DNA of 63,864 nucleotides, filler included, from Caldilineae bacterium (GTDB lineage Bacteria; Chloroflexota; Anaerolineae; DTLA01), in assembly GCA_037446815.1 (NCBI GenBank). It is 5 parts of 5 records of this genome, joined end to end, with 100 filler letters (N's around TTAATTAATTAA, not from the genome) between each part and the next. Parts side by side here need not be neighbours in the genome. Positions count along the whole stretch, not along the records: positions 59,217 to 63,864 come from JBBIHX010000201.1; 4 more parts are not named here. One strand, written 5' to 3'. Below, piece after piece: positions 61,229-63,864 of this stretch. Every line of letters starts with the position of its first letter. The first letter of the stretch is position 1. The notes beneath the pieces are model-generated. The model made no database searches. It had not been told where the DNA came from and was given only the letters and a program-made list of their open reading frames with translations. Position numbers and translations under genes: made by a program.

Positions 61229-63190
61229 TCACGCGGAGGAGGCCGGAGGGCTGCCGTGCGGTCGCGCCCGGATGGCGTCCTTCTCCATCGCCACCAGCGC
61301 CTTCGCCACTTCCTCTATCGCCACGCGCTGCTTTCGGTACAGGTCCGACTCGCTCATGGACAGTTTGCGGGCGATGTCGCTGGTCTTCTGGCGCTGGATG
61401 AACTTCATCTCCAGGATGTTGTACAGCAGCCAGTCGGGCGCGGTGAACGACCGCTCGCCCGCAGGCCGCAGCATCTCTACCGCCTGGATGAGCATCTGAC
61501 GCAGCGCCTTCGCCGGATTCCCATTCGGCTCCTCCGTGGCTTGGCTCACCACCCGCAGTTGCGTCAGCGGGTTGCGCGTGAGTTTCGGCCCGCCCCACAG
61601 TTGGCTCAGGGCGTCCTTGACCGCCTGGCGAAACTCGGCAGCCTCCGCATCCACCCGCAGCGACGGGATGGGGGACGCTGTAGCGTATCGCGGCTCGGTG
61701 CCCCACCGCTGAATCTGTTGAATCTCCGGGGCGATCTGCTTGAGCGCCGTGAAGACCGTCTGCTGGAGCAAGCGGTCTTCCAGCGCGATCTCGGCCCGGC
61801 TCACCATCCCCTCCAGCGCCGCGATTTCCTCCTCGGCCAGCGGGTAGATGCGCGCCTCAATCCCCAGGACGCCGAGCACCGTTTGGCGGTCCTTGGAGCG
61901 GAGGGGAATCAGCCAGTAGCCGTCCTGCTCTCGGAAATTGTCGCGGCGCAGCGACAGCCGCTTGCCGTTGTGCGTGGGAGCATCGGGCGACGAAAGGACC
62001 CAACTGCCGGGGTCCAGATTCCGCAAGCACGCCTGCACCTTCGCGGCAGAGCCGCACGCCGCCTCAAGCCGCAGCCCCCCATTGCTCAGGAGGGCCACGA
62101 ACCCGCCGCCCACGCGCAACTGCTCGCACATGGTCGTGAGGATGTTTTCCAGAAACTGCGCCAAGTCGCTGCTGGTCAAGAGCCGATTGTCCAACTCCTG
62201 CAGCCACACAATCTCTTCCCTGTCCTGGCGGTAGATGAGCCGGTCAATGAAGGGTTTGCTCACGTTGATGAGCACCTGGAGGACGACGATGAGGCCCGTT
62301 ACCGAGAAGACCAGGAACGTCTCGCGGGGCAGGCCTAGGAGCCGTTGCGTATCCGGCGTGAGCAGGATGAGCGCCAGGACGCACGTGCCGACGAAAGGCC
62401 CGCGCAGCAGGTAGTGAATCAGGCTATGCTTGATAACGCGGTCGGGCGTCAGCGCGCCGAAGTACGCGACGGCATAGCCCATTACCACAATCATGAGCGA
62501 CACGGCCACGTTGCCCACGAATAGCAGGCTTTCCAGCGCCAGTTGCACCAGCGGGTCCGGGGGCAGGCTGGCCACGAGGAGGTACGGGAACGCGCCCAGC
62601 GCGGGGGCGATGAACGCCACGGCGAGGTAGGTCATGCGCCGACGGGTGGCAGGCGTGAGCGCGCGCAGCCGCGCCTGCTGGATGTTGCGCGCCCCCGTCA
62701 GCGTCGCAATGACAAAGTACAGCGCGAACAGCCAGAACAGAGGGCCGGCTTGCAGGTGGGCAAGGTTCGGATAGGTGCCCTGGCTGCGCACAACCAGGTC
62801 CGAGAAGAGCACCGCCCCCAGCGTGAGCGCGCCCAGACCATAGCCCACCACCACCCGCATCCGGCGGGGGCGGGACGCGATGCCCGTGGTGCGCGCCAGC
62901 GCGTCCGAGAAATGCAGGTACGCCGCCGGAACGAACGCGATCCCCAGCCACTGAAACCGCAACCAGCCCTCAATGGCGCGGGGGACCTCCACGTTAGCCA
63001 CCATCACATCGCCGCAGTACACGACGGCGACGAACAGCAGCAGCGCCGAAAACGCCCGCGCCACGGCATTGCGGAAGTTATGGCCCAAGACGTAGGCCAC
63101 CAGCGAGAACGCGGTCAATACGATCGCCGAAGCGACCGTTAGGTTGATAGAAGAAAGCACTTTCAGAACGAATTGCAAGTCAGGCGACAC
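61229..63190 (-). CDS. Membrane sensor-regulator: HisKA_7TM-like N-terminus, GAF-like middle, C-terminal HTH
   Basis: Multiple TM (WLRFQWLGIAFVPAAYLHF); C-terminal DIARKLSMSESDLYRKQRVAI; no kinase motifs. Confidence 0.75.
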   Translation of the reverse strand: MSPDLQFVLKVLSSINLTVASAIVLTAFSLVAYVLGHNFRNAVARAFSALLLFVAVVYCGDVMVANVEVPRAIEGWLRFQWLGIAFVPAAYLHFSDALARTTGIASRPRRMRVVVGYGLGALTLGAVLFSDLVVRSQGTYPNLAHLQAGPLFWLFALYFVIATLTGARNIQQARLRALTPATRRRMTYLAVAFIAPALGAFPYLLVASLPPDPLVQLALESLLFVGNVAVSLMIVVMGYAVAYFGALTPDRVIKHSLIHYLLRGPFVGTCVLALILLTPDTQRLLGLPRETFLVFSVTGLIVVLQVLINVSKPFIDRLIYRQDREEIVWLQELDNRLLTSSDLAQFLENILTTMCEQLRVGGGFVALLSNGGLRLEAACGSAAKVQACLRNLDPGSWVLSSPDAPTHNGKRLSLRRDNFREQDGYWLIPLRSKDRQTVLGVLGIEARIYPLAEEEIAALEGMVSRAEIALEDRLLQQTVFTALKQIAPEIQQIQRWGTEPRYATASPIPSLRVDAEAAEFRQAVKDALSQLWGGPKLTRNPLTQLRVVSQATEEPNGNPAKALRQMLIQAVEMLRPAGERSFTAPDWLLYNILEMKFIQRQKTSDIARKLSMSESDLYRKQRVAIEEVAKALVAMEKDAIRARPHGSPPASSA

Positions 63191-63219
63191 AGAGCCCGCT
63201 CCGGTCTCACCCCGCTAGC

Positions 63220-63750
63220 CTACCGCAGCGGCAGGATGAAGAACAGCCGAATCCCCTGGTTCACCGCCAACTGGTCGCTGTAGCCGCAGAAGGCGAACCC
63301 CTGCCGCTGCAAAAACGTGATCGCGGGGTGGTTGTTGGTCTCGGTCTCGGCCAGGATGCCGCTCACTCCCTGCTCCCGCGCCCATGCCGCCACCGAGGTT
63401 AGCAGGGCGCTCCCCACCCCCTTGCGGCGATGCGGCGTGTCCACCACCAGATGGCGGATGCGCGCCACCGGCTCCGATGGAACCAGGGGCATGTTGAGGA
63501 ATCCGAGAATCTCCGCCCCGTTGTCCGCCACGACGAAGCATTCATCCTGCTGCCAGCAGGTCAAGAGGCCCGTTTCCAGTCGCGGAACCCGAATCTGCGC
63601 GGTGCGCGGCAGGCGAACCGTCCGGAACGTAACCGAGATTTCGCCGCCGCGGGAACGCTCTTCCACCTGCCACACGTAGTCGGTGGAGTACGAACGGTCC
63701 ATCTCCATGCACGCATTCAAGTCCAAGAGTTCCGCACGGCGAATGCGCAT
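63220..63750 (-). CDS. GNAT N-acetyltransferase (streptothricin acetyltransferase-like)
   Basis: LVVDTPHRRKGVGSALL, ETETNNHPAITFLQRQGF. Confidence 0.85.
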   Translation of the reverse strand: MRIRRAELLDLNACMEMDRSYSTDYVWQVEERSRGGEISVTFRTVRLPRTAQIRVPRLETGLLTCWQQDECFVVADNGAEILGFLNMPLVPSEPVARIRHLVVDTPHRRKGVGSALLTSVAAWAREQGVSGILAETETNNHPAITFLQRQGFAFCGYSDQLAVNQGIRLFFILPLR

Positions 63751-63831
63751 ACGCCTCTCCAGGTCTGGGTTGTTGATACTCTCATTGTAGCATCGCAGCG
63801 GCGAAATGGCAAGCGCAGCGCAGGCGACACA

Positions 63832-63864
63832 CCCTCGCCCGCCGGGAGAGGGCCGGGGTGAGGG
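63832..63864. repeat. CCCTCACCCC-type palindrome (reverse orientation)
   Basis: ccctcgcccgccgggagagggccggggtgaggg. Confidence 0.7.

Noticed and set aside
59447..62338. 963-aa ORF
   Set aside because: Artefact of translation through Ns into the antisense of the 7TM-HTH gene.

Overview
GC-rich bacterial DNA, most consistent with a Chloroflexota (Anaerolineae-like) metagenome bin; this is inferred from Pro/Thr linkers, lipoproteins, a 7TM-HTH protein and repeat-rich spacers. The window is not contiguous. Four 100-nt N-TTAATTAATTAA-N linkers (14920-15019, 29750-29849, 44535-44634, 59117-59216) join five apparently size-sorted scaffolds, and three further plain N gaps are present. About 46 genes are mostly housekeeping or metabolic: pyrG, cutA, a DHH-CBS tRNA nucleotidyltransferase, acyl-CoA dehydrogenase-EtfBA-2-oxoacid:ferredoxin oxidoreductase, GH31, two MoxR/DUF58 operons, a sugar ABC system with IclR, pckG, a heterodimeric ABC exporter, ade and selA. 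Highlights: (1) a 150-bp non-autonomous element with 24-bp TIRs and 8-bp target-site duplications, whose copies sit almost always exactly 15 bp upstream of a sigma70 -35 box; (2) a split ORF next to selA that reads through an in-frame UGA (C-G-U) with a SECIS-like hairpin, giving a lipoprotein selenoprotein with a degenerate 5'-nucleotidase fold; (3) intergenic mosaics built from several palindromic repeat families; (4) a B12-radical SAM gene embedded inside a MoxR-DUF58 operon; (5) a secreted DNRLRE-type gene broken by a single TAA. No tRNA, rRNA, CRISPR array or transposase gene was found.
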